From positions 1-61,644 of the IMG/VR virus record IMGVR_UViG_3300032069_000399: a DNA stretch of 61,644 bases. One strand, 5' to 3'. The notes beneath the pieces were generated by a model. The model ran no database searches. It saw only the letters and a list, made by a program, of their open reading frames with translations, and was not told where the DNA came from. Each line of letters begins with the position of its first letter. Positions within the stretch are counted from its first letter, which is position 1. The translations under genes and the position numbers were made by a program. Below are positions 18,610 through 27,641 of this stretch, in pieces. The stretch is from a virus. Taxonomy: Duplodnaviria > Caudoviricetes.

Positions 18610-19050
18610 ATGAATCTCAGCAAAGCGGTAAAGGTGGCCCGGGTGCTCAATGGAGTAGCGGCGGGGACGACCGAGCAGACCGGTTCGGTGGTAGACACGC
18701 AAGGATTCGAGGGCGTGCAGTTCGTGGCCCTTTTCGGCGCTCTGACGGCGACGCAGGTGACAAGCGTGAAAGTCCAGCAGGGGAGCCTCGCCGACGGTTC
18801 GGACATGGCCGATTTGGCCGGAAGCCTGCACACGGCGCTTGCCGACGCGGACGGAAACAAGTGTCTGGTGACCGACCTCTTCCGCCCGCAGAAGCGCTAC
18901 GTGCGCTGCGTCGTGGAGCGCGGGACGGCCAATGCCGTCATCGACGGAGCGATCGCCCTTTTGTATGGCCCGAGAGTGGAACCGGTGGCCAAGGACGCGA
19001 CCGTGAAGTCGGTCAAGACTCTGATTTCACCCGACGAAGGGACGGCGTAA
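18610..19050 (+). CDS. Putative head decoration/cement protein
   Basis: VDTQGFE...KRYVR beta-rich protein directly after the capsid gene. Confidence 0.6.
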   Translation: MNLSKAVKVARVLNGVAAGTTEQTGSVVDTQGFEGVQFVALFGALTATQVTSVKVQQGSLADGSDMADLAGSLHTALADADGNKCLVTDLFRPQKRYVRCVVERGTANAVIDGAIALLYGPRVEPVAKDATVKSVKTLISPDEGTA

Positions 19051-19053
19051 ACG

Positions 19054-19272
19054 ATGAAAGTCCGCCTGAAAACAACCATGGCGGGACCGGAGGGCGCGTT
19101 TCCGCCGGGATCGGTGATCGAAGCCTCCGCTGAGGAGGCCGAAATGCTGATCGCCGGCGGATTCGCCGAACCCATCGATGCCGCGCCTGCAATTCCTGAG
19201 GTCGAGACTGCGGCAATCGAGCCGGGTAGCCGCGCCGTGAAGCCTCCAGCCCGGGCGCGGAAAACGCCGTAG
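19054..19272 (+). CDS. Small head-associated protein
   Basis: PGSVIE...LIAGGFAEP motif typical of small post-capsid proteins. Confidence 0.65.
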   Translation: MKVRLKTTMAGPEGAFPPGSVIEASAEEAEMLIAGGFAEPIDAAPAIPEVETAAIEPGSRAVKPPARARKTP

Positions 19273-19279
19273 CCCGAAA

Positions 19280-19456
19280 GTGATCCGGATCGTGGTGCCG
19301 TTGGAGATCCAGCCTGGCCGCAGTGTTCGGCCGATCAAACCGCTGCTTTCCTGGGAACTCAAGCCGGGCATGGAAATCACGCTTCCCCCAGAAATTGAAT
19401 CCATCCTTATCTGCGAGGGGCTGGCGGAACCGGTCCAATCGTCAGAGGTCAAATAG
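19280..19456 (+). CDS. Small paralog of 19054-19272 (58 aa, not in the ORF track)
   Basis: GTG...PGMEITLPPEIESILICEGLAEPV; fills the intergenic gap exactly. Confidence 0.6.
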   Translation: MIRIVVPLEIQPGRSVRPIKPLLSWELKPGMEITLPPEIESILICEGLAEPVQSSEVK

Positions 19457-20058
19457 TGGGACTCAAACTCGTAACGCCTCCTGCGGTCGAGCCGGTCACG
19501 CTCGATGAAGCCAAGGCTCATCTGCGGCTTGATTCGAACGAGGACGACACCTATGTCTCGGCGCTGATCGCGGCGGCGCGGGAACGTGTCGAGCTATTCC
19601 TGCGCCGGGCGCTGATCACGCAGACCTTTGAGTTCACCCTGGACGGCTTCCCCGCGAGCCCGTCCCTTATTTTCTCAACTTCGGTGATCGACTTGCCGCG
19701 GCCTCCGCTGCAGTCGGTCGAATCGATCAAGTACATCGACACGGCGGGCTCCGAGCAGACCCTGCCTCCGGATTCTTATGTGATCGACGCCTCATCGGAT
19801 GAGATCGGGCGCATCGCGCTCGCATGGACCCAGTACTGGCCCATCACCAGATGTTCGATCAATAGCGTTGTCATCCGATTTGTCGCCGGCTACGGCTATG
19901 CGCCGGAGGATGTCCCGCAGGTGATCAGGCAGGGGATTCTGATCGAGATCTCGAATCTGTACGAAAACCGCGAGGACATCGTTGTCGGGCAGAACATCTC
20001 GATGCTTTCGCTGTCAGAGCGGCTGCTTTGGCCGTATCGGGCGCTTTCGGTGGAATGA
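19456..20058 (+). CDS. Head-tail connector (gp6-like)
   Basis: PVTLDEAKAHLR, AARE, RALITQT, YENRE. Confidence 0.9.
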   Translation: MGLKLVTPPAVEPVTLDEAKAHLRLDSNEDDTYVSALIAAARERVELFLRRALITQTFEFTLDGFPASPSLIFSTSVIDLPRPPLQSVESIKYIDTAGSEQTLPPDSYVIDASSDEIGRIALAWTQYWPITRCSINSVVIRFVAGYGYAPEDVPQVIRQGILIEISNLYENREDIVVGQNISMLSLSERLLWPYRALSVE

Positions 20059-20375
20059 TGCGCACCGGGCCGCTCCGTTGCAGGATCACGATCGAAGGTC
20101 CTGTGGAGACGCAGGGGTCAGACGGCTCGATCTCGACCACATGGGCTACGTTCACTGAAACCTCGGCCTCCATCGAGCCGCTTATCGGCCGCGAGTATTT
20201 TGCGCAGCAGCGGGAGCAGGCCACCGTGAGCCACAAGATCCGGATGCGGCACCAACCCGGGATTACCCACAAGATGCGCGTCGTCTGGGGAGCGAGGATT
20301 TTTGAGATCGAATCAGTCCTCAATGTCGGCGAACGCAACCGCGAAATCGTTCTGATGTGCCAGAAAAGCGTATGA
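20055..20375 (+). CDS. Head closure protein (head-tail adaptor)
   Basis: LRCRITIE, GREYF, MRV...FEIESV. Confidence 0.88.
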   Translation: MMRTGPLRCRITIEGPVETQGSDGSISTTWATFTETSASIEPLIGREYFAQQREQATVSHKIRMRHQPGITHKMRVVWGARIFEIESVLNVGERNREIVLMCQKSV

Positions 20376-20779
20376 CGACAGCGACACTCGACGAAGGTGT
20401 CTTTGATTACCTGACATCCCATGCCGGCCTGGCCGCCCTCATAGGCACGCGCCTCCACCCGGACTACTTTTCCGAAGACGAGGAACTTCCCGCGATCGCG
20501 TACTCCCTCGAGGACGACCGCTCCACGCATACCCAGCAGGGGCCTTCAGCGCTGCGCCAGGCGATTTACCGGTTTGATATCTGGACCGACACGGCGGCAG
20601 AGGCCGTGGGAGTCATGAAGCAGTTGTGCGCGGCCCTCGACGGCTATCGGGGATCGTTCAAGGACATCCCCATCGTGGGAGTGTTCTTCGACGGCGCCGG
20701 GCGCAGCCGCGACCCAGACACGCAGACATTCAACGTTTCAATGCGATTCACGATTCATTACCAGGAGAAACTGACATGA
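20372..20779 (+). CDS. Tail terminator/completion protein (DUF3168-like)
   Basis: LAALIGTRLHP...PAIAY...FDIW; position. Confidence 0.75.
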   Translation: MTTATLDEGVFDYLTSHAGLAALIGTRLHPDYFSEDEELPAIAYSLEDDRSTHTQQGPSALRQAIYRFDIWTDTAAEAVGVMKQLCAALDGYRGSFKDIPIVGVFFDGAGRSRDPDTQTFNVSMRFTIHYQEKLT

Positions 20780-21210
20780 GCGACGGTGTTATTGGTTTGG
20801 GGACCTTACTAAAAATCGGCGACGGCGCCTCCCCGGAGGTGTTCACGGCCATCGCCGAGGTCAAGGACATCAACGGCCCCGTGCTGAGCCGCGAGTTCGC
20901 GGAGTTCACGCACCAGCAGTCTACGGGTGGCTACCGCGAGTACAAGCCCACGTTCAAAGCCTCGGGCGACGTAACCTTTAAGTGCAACTTCCTGCCCGAC
21001 GACGAAACGCAGGGTTTCAGCACGACCGGCCTCCTGAAGGACTACGAGGACGGCCAACTGCGCAATTTCGAGCTGCTCTTCCCCGATACCGGCGCCACGA
21101 AGGCTGCGTTTGCGGCATACGTGGCCAACATCAGCCCAGGGGCTCCCATCGCAGGCGCTCTCGAACTCAACGTTACCCTGCGCGTCACCGGGCCCGTGGT
21201 CTGGAGCTGA
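20776..21210 (+). CDS. Major tail tube protein
   Basis: GTLLKIGDG..FTAIAEVKDI...LRVTG. Confidence 0.85.
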   Translation: MSDGVIGLGTLLKIGDGASPEVFTAIAEVKDINGPVLSREFAEFTHQQSTGGYREYKPTFKASGDVTFKCNFLPDDETQGFSTTGLLKDYEDGQLRNFELLFPDTGATKAAFAAYVANISPGAPIAGALELNVTLRVTGPVVWS

Positions 21211-21291
21211 GGTCCAAATAGCTCCTGAAAAGTTTTCAGAACCTATCGCAGCGCCGGATAACAGTCTCACCACAAAACCTGGAGATAGATC

Positions 21292-21681
21292 ATGACTCTT
21301 ACAAAACAGCAGATCCTCGCGACCCCGCCGCGCTTGAAAGAAGTGGAAGTTCCCGAGTGGGGCGGGTCGGTATTCATCCGCCCGCTCACCATTCAGGAAC
21401 AGGCCAAGCTCGCCGACCTCGGGACCAAGTACGAAAAAAGTTCAGTGGTCGACCGGATGAAAAACTGCACCCTGCGGCTTGTGCAGTGGTCCGTATGCGA
21501 CGAGCAGGGGGCACCGCTATTCGAGGCGGCGGACCTCGAGCCTTTGATGAGCAAGGCCGCGAGCGCGTTCCTGCGCCTGCAGGACGCCATCCTCGCGCTT
21601 TCGGGCCTCACGGAAGAATCCCGCAAGGAACTGGAAAAAAACTTGCTGAGCGCCCCGAGCGACGGGCTCGATTCCGTTTAG
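21292..21681 (+). CDS. Tail assembly chaperone (gpG-like)
   Basis: EVEVPEWGGSVFIRPLT; ends near the slippery A AAA AAC. Confidence 0.85.
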   Translation: MTLTKQQILATPPRLKEVEVPEWGGSVFIRPLTIQEQAKLADLGTKYEKSSVVDRMKNCTLRLVQWSVCDEQGAPLFEAADLEPLMSKAASAFLRLQDAILALSGLTEESRKELEKNLLSAPSDGLDSV

Positions 21682-21860
21682 CCGAGACGCTCGGCAGAAC
21701 CGTGGCCGAACTGGAGGCAACGATGAGCTATGCGGAGTTCATCGAGTGGATCGCTTATTTCCAGGCTGAATCCGCCGGCGGATCTCCGTCGGTTCCCCAC
21801 TGGCAGAAGATGATGCAGTCCATGCGGCTCGTGACTGAATTCCAGAAGGCGAAACAGTAA
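21636..21860 (+). CDS. Tail assembly chaperone gpGT extension via -1 frameshift
   Basis: Heptamer A AAA AAC at 21636-21642; the -1 frame reads FRLAETLGRTVAEL..MSYAEFIEWIAYF. Confidence 0.8.
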   Translation, partial: KKLAERPERRARFRLAETLGRTVAELEATMSYAEFIEWIAYFQAESAGGSPSVPHWQKMMQSMRLVTEFQKAKQ

Positions 21861-22265
21861 ATGGCCGGCATTGAGATCAAGGGTTTCGAGGAACTCAGGC
21901 GTAACACCGAGCACATCTGCAAGGACGTCCTCGACCGCGCGATCCAGGCGGCCGAGGATGCAGCGGCGCAGGTCATCAGGCAGGCTGTCGAAGCATCCGC
22001 GCCCCGCCGCACGGGGCAGCTCGCCAAGAGTGTCATCGTCTACGAAAGCGTGAACCGGAAAGCCCTTACCGGCTCTGCCCGCAGGCGGCTGCTCGTCGGC
22101 CCGGAGAAGCGCAAAGGCTTCTACGGGTACTTCTACAACTTCGGCCGCAAGGGGCAGCCCGCCAGACCGTGGTTTGAAACCGCTTCCGCAGGCGTGGAAG
22201 AACAGGCCATGGAAGCGGGAATCGCCGCATTCCAACAAGTGATCGAGCAGGAACTCGGGAAGTAA
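21861..22265 (+). CDS. HK97 gp10-like tail component
   Basis: IKGFEEL, APRRTGQL, QPARPW. Confidence 0.85.
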   Translation: MAGIEIKGFEELRRNTEHICKDVLDRAIQAAEDAAAQVIRQAVEASAPRRTGQLAKSVIVYESVNRKALTGSARRRLLVGPEKRKGFYGYFYNFGRKGQPARPWFETASAGVEEQAMEAGIAAFQQVIEQELGK

Positions 22266-25200
22266 ATGCCCACCATCGGCAGGCTTTTTTATGAGATCGG
22301 CGGCGACACCGACCGGCTCCAGGCCGATCTGCGCCAGGCCGTTGAAATGGCCAAGAACGCAGGCCTCGACGTCAAGCGCGCCGGGCAGTCCTTCCTCGCT
22401 TCCTTCAACGAAGCCCTCAACCCCACGGGCATCCTGACCGAGAAGCTCAAGCTTCTGGAGGCCGCCGGCAAATCGAGCGGCGACATCATCGCGGTCATGG
22501 GCGGCCAGATCAAATCAGCTGCTGAGACCGCGAAAGCACACAGCCAGGCGATCGATCCGCTTGTTCAGAAATACGCTGACCTCGCGAATGCGGCCAAGGG
22601 CGGCGGCTTCTCCCTGGAAAGCCTCGGCAAGACTCTCACCAGCTTCGTCCAGAGTCCGGTGTCGGCCGCGAAGGAAGGGATCGCGGGCTTTGCCGAAAAG
22701 CTCGGCCCCGCGGCAGTCGGTCTCATGGGGATTGCATCGGCTGCCGTTGCGGCGGGTGTTGCCATTTTCAAGGTTGCCGAAAGCACCGCGGAGGAAGCGG
22801 AGCAGATCATGAACCTTTCCTTGCGCACCGGCATCGGTGTCGAGCGCGTCCAGAGCCTGCAGAAAGCTGCCGAGCTCATGGGGGCGAGCGGCGAAACGGT
22901 CGTTTCGGCGGTCTCAAAGATCAACCGGGAGCTTGGGAAGTTCGGTACCGGCGGCGAGTTCACCAAAGGGATCACCTCTCTCGGCATCTCCCTGGAAGAC
23001 GCCTCGGGCAAGTCCAAGACCGCGATCGACCTCCTCGGAGAGCTCCGCACGAAGCTCCTCGCCATCGAGGATCCCGCGGAACGCGCCCAGGTCGCTGCCG
23101 CCGTCCTCGGCAGGCGCAACCAGGAACTCGCGCCGCTACTCTTGAACTCGCAGGAAAACCTCTTCGAGCTGGCAAAGCAGCTCGAGGAAACCGGCGCGGT
23201 CATGGACAAGGTTGCGATCGACCAGGCCATGAAGCTCGACCAGAAGCTGGATGTCCTCGCCGCGCGCTTCGCCACGGTCAAGACCGTCGCGAAGGAGGCG
23301 GCAGTCGAGACTGCTCTCGCGGTAAGCGACATCTTCACCGGGGATTTCTGGAAGCTCCTGGCAGCGAACCTGGCCAAGGGCGCCGGGATGCAGAGCGCGC
23401 AGCTTGCATCGCTTCAGATGAGGATCAAAGAGACGGTGGACGCAGCGGCCGAAGCGGCCAAGAAGCAGGAGGATGCCGGTAAGAAATCGGCAGACGCGGC
23501 AGGCCTCGCCCGCATGAAGGAGGAGGAACTCTACAACGAGCGGCTGAAGCTTCTATCCCAGGGCAAGGAGAACGTCGATCTCCTCCTGAAACTGCAGGAC
23601 GCGCAGGAAAAGTTTAATACGGCGATCGAGAAGGGACTGAGCCACAAGGAAAGAGAGAAGGCGCTTAACGCGGTGCTTACGATCCGGGAGGAGATCAAGG
23701 CACGGGAGGAAGCGACCAAGGGCCTCTCGGAATGGATCGAGAAGATCCGGGGACTGAAACCGCTTGATGCATCGAGCCTTGCGCCTTCGGACATGCTCAA
23801 AAAGCAGATCGAACAGGCAAAGACACAAATCGACTCGCTCAGAGAGGCCTTTGCTGCCCCCGGGGGAAAATCCCGGGAGGAACTTGAGTGGCTGCAGGCC
23901 CAGGTCACGGCCAATGAAGAGAAAGTGTCGCAACTGACCGAGCAAAAGGCGCTCCTGGAGCACATCGCCGGCCAGGTCACGGCGATCACGCTTGCTGACG
24001 ACAAGGACTTGGCGGCGCTCGGGAACACCGTCGCCGCGCGCGAGAAGATCCTCCACCAGGTGACCGAAGCCGAGAAAGCCCTCAAGTCCATAAACCAGGA
24101 CATGGAACAGACGGCAAAGATCCAGGCCAACATCGACCGGATCGGCCACGCCGCGCTCGTCCCCAACCAGAAGGATATCGAAGCCGGCCTGAAGAAGGCT
24201 GACGCGGACATCCTGAAGCGCCTCCGGGAGTATGCCGCGGTCGAGGACGCGATCGACAAAGCCGCCACCACCTCGAAGCTCGAACAGCTGCGCCTGCAGG
24301 AACAGATCGTCGGGACCGTGATCCCGATGAACAAGGATCAGCGCGAGCAGATCGAGATTGAGAAGATCCACCTGCAGTTCGCGATAAAAGCGGAAGAGAC
24401 CCGGGTGCGGTTCACGCAGATCCGAGCCGAGCTGATGGACAAGATCAACAAGCTCGATCCCTCGGACCCACTGCGGAGCAAGGCGCTCGACGACATGTCG
24501 AAGCTGGCGGCAGCCGAGAACGAGCAGCTGGCCATCCTGCAGAAGCTCGAAGGCGCTGAGGTCTTGAAGGAACACAAGAAGGACATCATCGAAGCCGCCC
24601 AGGAGATCCGTAACCAGGTCAGCACGGTCGTGAACGACTTCGGCAAGAAGGTGGCCGATTCGATCGTCCACTGGAAGAGCCTTGGCAGCGCCGTGAAGGA
24701 TTTCTTCACGAGCCTGGCGGAATCGACGCTGCGGATCGTCATGGAAAGGCTCTTCAAGCCGCTGCAGTCGTCCATCGAAAAGGTCATCGACTCCCTGTTC
24801 GAAAAGCTCTTCAACCCGGGTGCCAAAAAGGCATCCGGATCGAATCCGGTCCCAGAGGCCGGTTCCTGGGGGAACCTCCTGGGGACGGCCGGGAGCGGCT
24901 TGCCGGACTGGCTCAAGGCTGCCACCACCCCAGCTGAAGCGGGGCCGAGCATCTCGGGGATCCTCGCGGCGGGAAATCCACTCCTTCAGGTGTATTCGCC
25001 TGCGGAGTATCCCTCGGCACAGTCATCGCCGGATTTCGTCGGCCCGACGCTCGACATGGTGAAGGGCGGAAGCACGGGCGGCATATTCGGCGTAGGAGGG
25101 ACTGCTGGCTCCCTGATCCAGGGCGGACTCATGGCCGGCGGCACGGCGGCGTTCCTCGATTCGTTCAGCCAGAAAGGGGTTCGGGGCTGGGCCGAGGCCA

Positions 25201-27008
25201 TCGGAGGAGGAGCTGCGATCGGCGCAGCGATCGGGTCGGTAGTCCCGGTCATCGGGGCGGCAATCGGTGCCGCCGCGGGGGCTCTTGCCAAAGGAATCCA
25301 GGCTCTGGTCGGCGCGATCAAAGGCAAGAACGCCTACCAGGCTGGTGCGATGGAACTCGGCCGGGACTTCGGCGGCATCAGCATGTCCCCGGACGACTTC
25401 AAGAAGTGGCTCGAGGGGGTGGGGATATCTGAGAACCAAGCCTACCCGATCCGGAAGGATATCGAGTCGAGTTCGAAATTCCTGGCCGAGGTGGCCGGCC
25501 CCCTGGCCGCGGCGCAGGGCAAGACCCAGGAATTCCTGAAGTCTCTCGAAGCGGTCAAGACGGCCTGGGGAACGTTCGATTTCCGGAAGCAGTACGAGTT
25601 GGGCGAACTGACCGGCGATTGGACGGCTCTCGACGAGGCGTTCAAGGCTGCTTTCAAGGACTCGCAGGCGTTGAACCAGAATGTCCCGGACTGGCAAACG
25701 AAGCTCACGATGCTCGGGGACCAGACTAAGAAGACCGCCGCAGAGTTCCAGAACCTCTACAAGCAGTTCGAAGAAAATAAGACAGTCTCGGACGAGTTCG
25801 CGGATTTCCTGAAAAAGAACGCGGATGCGCTCGACGAAGCGGCGAAATCATCCTCGGCTTTCGCGGATGAGCTCGCGGCTGCCAGGAAAGCCCTAGAGAT
25901 CAAACCCCTGCTCGACGGCCTGAAAAGCCTCCGGGATGGGATCTCCGGAATGATCCCCGCGGTTGAGACGATGTACGACCGGTTTCTCAAGACCGGTGAC
26001 ATCACGGACGCCTTTGCCGCGAAGATTACGGAACTCGGCGGGGACATCTCGAAGTTCACCGAGGTGTCGGGGCTCGTGAAGCTCGACAGCTACTTCGCGG
26101 AGATGGTCCAGCACTTTAGGGACACGGGCGAGATCCTCCCTGACCTTCGCGACCTCTTCCAGCAGTTTGGCGGCGATTTGTCGGCACTGGACAAAGCCGC
26201 GGATCTCCCGGGCCTAAAGTCTTCACTGGGTTTCATTCAGGATCTTTCGGACGAGCTCACCAAGTTCCTGCCGGAACAGACCGCCATCCAGAAGCTGATG
26301 GCAGGAACCATGGACCAGTCCGTCATCGACGCACTCACGGGCGCAGGAATCGCTCCCGAAAGCCTGACGAAAATCACCGGCCTTCTGAAGATGGAGACCG
26401 GCTGGGACGACGCGGTGAAGCAGTTCCAGCAGTCGGGGAAGCTGCTCCAGGGCGGGCTGCTCGAGCAGGCTCTTCAACAGTATGGCGGAAGCGCCGGCCA
26501 AACCGCCGTATCCCGATCCGGCCAGGGTTTCAACACCGTCACCGACCAGCTGCTCGCCGGGACCAAGGCCGCGATGGATGCCGCGTTCCGGACCGAGCGC
26601 ACCGGCATCCTCGACATCCTGAAGCAGGCTGCGGGAGACATCACCAAGCAGGTTGGCGACATCACGAAGCCGATCGAGGACCAGTTCACCGTCGTGAGCG
26701 AAAACATCCAGACGGCGTTTCAGGCGGCAGCCGCCGCTGCCATCGCCGAACTCGACAAGATCCTGGCCAAGATCGAAGAGATCAAGAACGCGGCCAAGGA
26801 CATAGTGCCTGAACCCGTGACGCCTGGCGCAGGCGACACTTTGCCCGTGGAACCGGGGCCGGCTGAGCCTGTCCCCCCGGCCGAAGCTTCGCAGGGCACT
26901 TATATCGACCTGCGCGGCGCCACGATTTTCGGGTACGACGAGTTTGCCCGGCGCGTAGCCGAGGCTCAAGCAATGAACGCCCGCCGCGCCGGGCTCGCGC
27001 CGGCGTAG
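22266..27008 (+). CDS. Tail tape measure protein
   Basis: 1580 aa, Ala-rich helical protein with Gly-rich hydrophobic segments, after the chaperones. Confidence 0.92.
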   Translation: MPTIGRLFYEIGGDTDRLQADLRQAVEMAKNAGLDVKRAGQSFLASFNEALNPTGILTEKLKLLEAAGKSSGDIIAVMGGQIKSAAETAKAHSQAIDPLVQKYADLANAAKGGGFSLESLGKTLTSFVQSPVSAAKEGIAGFAEKLGPAAVGLMGIASAAVAAGVAIFKVAESTAEEAEQIMNLSLRTGIGVERVQSLQKAAELMGASGETVVSAVSKINRELGKFGTGGEFTKGITSLGISLEDASGKSKTAIDLLGELRTKLLAIEDPAERAQVAAAVLGRRNQELAPLLLNSQENLFELAKQLEETGAVMDKVAIDQAMKLDQKLDVLAARFATVKTVAKEAAVETALAVSDIFTGDFWKLLAANLAKGAGMQSAQLASLQMRIKETVDAAAEAAKKQEDAGKKSADAAGLARMKEEELYNERLKLLSQGKENVDLLLKLQDAQEKFNTAIEKGLSHKEREKALNAVLTIREEIKAREEATKGLSEWIEKIRGLKPLDASSLAPSDMLKKQIEQAKTQIDSLREAFAAPGGKSREELEWLQAQVTANEEKVSQLTEQKALLEHIAGQVTAITLADDKDLAALGNTVAAREKILHQVTEAEKALKSINQDMEQTAKIQANIDRIGHAALVPNQKDIEAGLKKADADILKRLREYAAVEDAIDKAATTSKLEQLRLQEQIVGTVIPMNKDQREQIEIEKIHLQFAIKAEETRVRFTQIRAELMDKINKLDPSDPLRSKALDDMSKLAAAENEQLAILQKLEGAEVLKEHKKDIIEAAQEIRNQVSTVVNDFGKKVADSIVHWKSLGSAVKDFFTSLAESTLRIVMERLFKPLQSSIEKVIDSLFEKLFNPGAKKASGSNPVPEAGSWGNLLGTAGSGLPDWLKAATTPAEAGPSISGILAAGNPLLQVYSPAEYPSAQSSPDFVGPTLDMVKGGSTGGIFGVGGTAGSLIQGGLMAGGTAAFLDSFSQKGVRGWAEAIGGGAAIGAAIGSVVPVIGAAIGAAAGALAKGIQALVGAIKGKNAYQAGAMELGRDFGGISMSPDDFKKWLEGVGISENQAYPIRKDIESSSKFLAEVAGPLAAAQGKTQEFLKSLEAVKTAWGTFDFRKQYELGELTGDWTALDEAFKAAFKDSQALNQNVPDWQTKLTMLGDQTKKTAAEFQNLYKQFEENKTVSDEFADFLKKNADALDEAAKSSSAFADELAAARKALEIKPLLDGLKSLRDGISGMIPAVETMYDRFLKTGDITDAFAAKITELGGDISKFTEVSGLVKLDSYFAEMVQHFRDTGEILPDLRDLFQQFGGDLSALDKAADLPGLKSSLGFIQDLSDELTKFLPEQTAIQKLMAGTMDQSVIDALTGAGIAPESLTKITGLLKMETGWDDAVKQFQQSGKLLQGGLLEQALQQYGGSAGQTAVSRSGQGFNTVTDQLLAGTKAAMDAAFRTERTGILDILKQAAGDITKQVGDITKPIEDQFTVVSENIQTAFQAAAAAAIAELDKILAKIEEIKNAAKDIVPEPVTPGAGDTLPVEPGPAEPVPPAEASQGTYIDLRGATIFGYDEFARRVAEAQAMNARRAGLAPA

Positions 27009-27072
27009 CTCATCGGCAGAGCAGTCGCTCTGTAAGCGACGGATTCCGGTTCGAATCCGGACGCCGGCTCCA
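26999..27072 (+). tRNA. Phage tRNA-Thr(TGT)-like gene with atypical C33
   Basis: Acceptor gccggcg/cgccggc plus TCCA, D stem gctc/gagc, anticodon stem gtcgc/gcgac with loop TC-TGT-AA, T arm tccgg-TTCGAAT-ccgga. Confidence 0.75.
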
Positions 27073-27111
27073 TTCAAGTAACACAGATCGCCACAAACCA
27101 GGAGGGATTGC

Positions 27112-27543
27112 GTGAAGAGATTTCTTCTTTGCAGTATCTGTCTGCTCATTCTGCTCAGTCCATGCATGACGTTCGCCGCTTCCGCGCGCGTCGTCGCGTT
27201 CCAGGGGACATCCGGCAACACCGTCACACTTGCCTGGGACGCCAACACGGAACCGGACCTCGCCGGCTACAAGGTCTACTGGGGCCGGTCCTCGCGTCAC
27301 TACGACAACTCCCCCGTGCCGACCGTGGCACCCAGCGCAAATCCCACGTTCACGACTCCCACGCTTCCGAACGGGACGTGGTATTTCGCGGTTACGGCCT
27401 ACAACACCGCGGGACTCGAAAGCGACTACTCGAACGAGGTCTCCAAGACGATTGCCACCGCCCCCGCACCGCCAAAAGGCCTTCGCATCTGGATCGTCGA
27501 AGCGATCGCATGGGTTTTCCGTCACCTGAAATTCTGGGCATGA
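27112..27543 (+). CDS. Secreted fibronectin type III domain protein
   Basis: Signal-peptide-like N terminus; VTLAWDAN.EPDLAGYKVY...YFAVTAYN..G.ES.YSNEV; AGGAGG RBS. Confidence 0.85.
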   Translation: MKRFLLCSICLLILLSPCMTFAASARVVAFQGTSGNTVTLAWDANTEPDLAGYKVYWGRSSRHYDNSPVPTVAPSANPTFTTPTLPNGTWYFAVTAYNTAGLESDYSNEVSKTIATAPAPPKGLRIWIVEAIAWVFRHLKFWA

Positions 27544-27641
27544 GTTGACTTTGCTGGCCCGCCCTCAAATGCCGAAAGGGGCGGAGATCGCTCTCCCAAG
27601 GGGTTGAGCCACGCCGCGGCGGGCCGGCAATCCGATAAATC

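Noticed and set aside
21636-21642. -1 frameshift in the tail chaperone as a novelty
   Set aside because: Real, but standard for long-tailed phages; listed as a feature only
13118-26707. Numerous long antisense and alternate-frame ORFs over the structural genes
   Set aside because: Shadow ORFs expected at high GC; no motifs or RBS, and they overlap well-supported genes
27020-27045. Reading the phage tRNA as Tyr(GTA)
   Set aside because: That register breaks the gtcgc/gcgac anticodon stem, and the acceptor stem and short variable loop resemble the host tRNA-Thr
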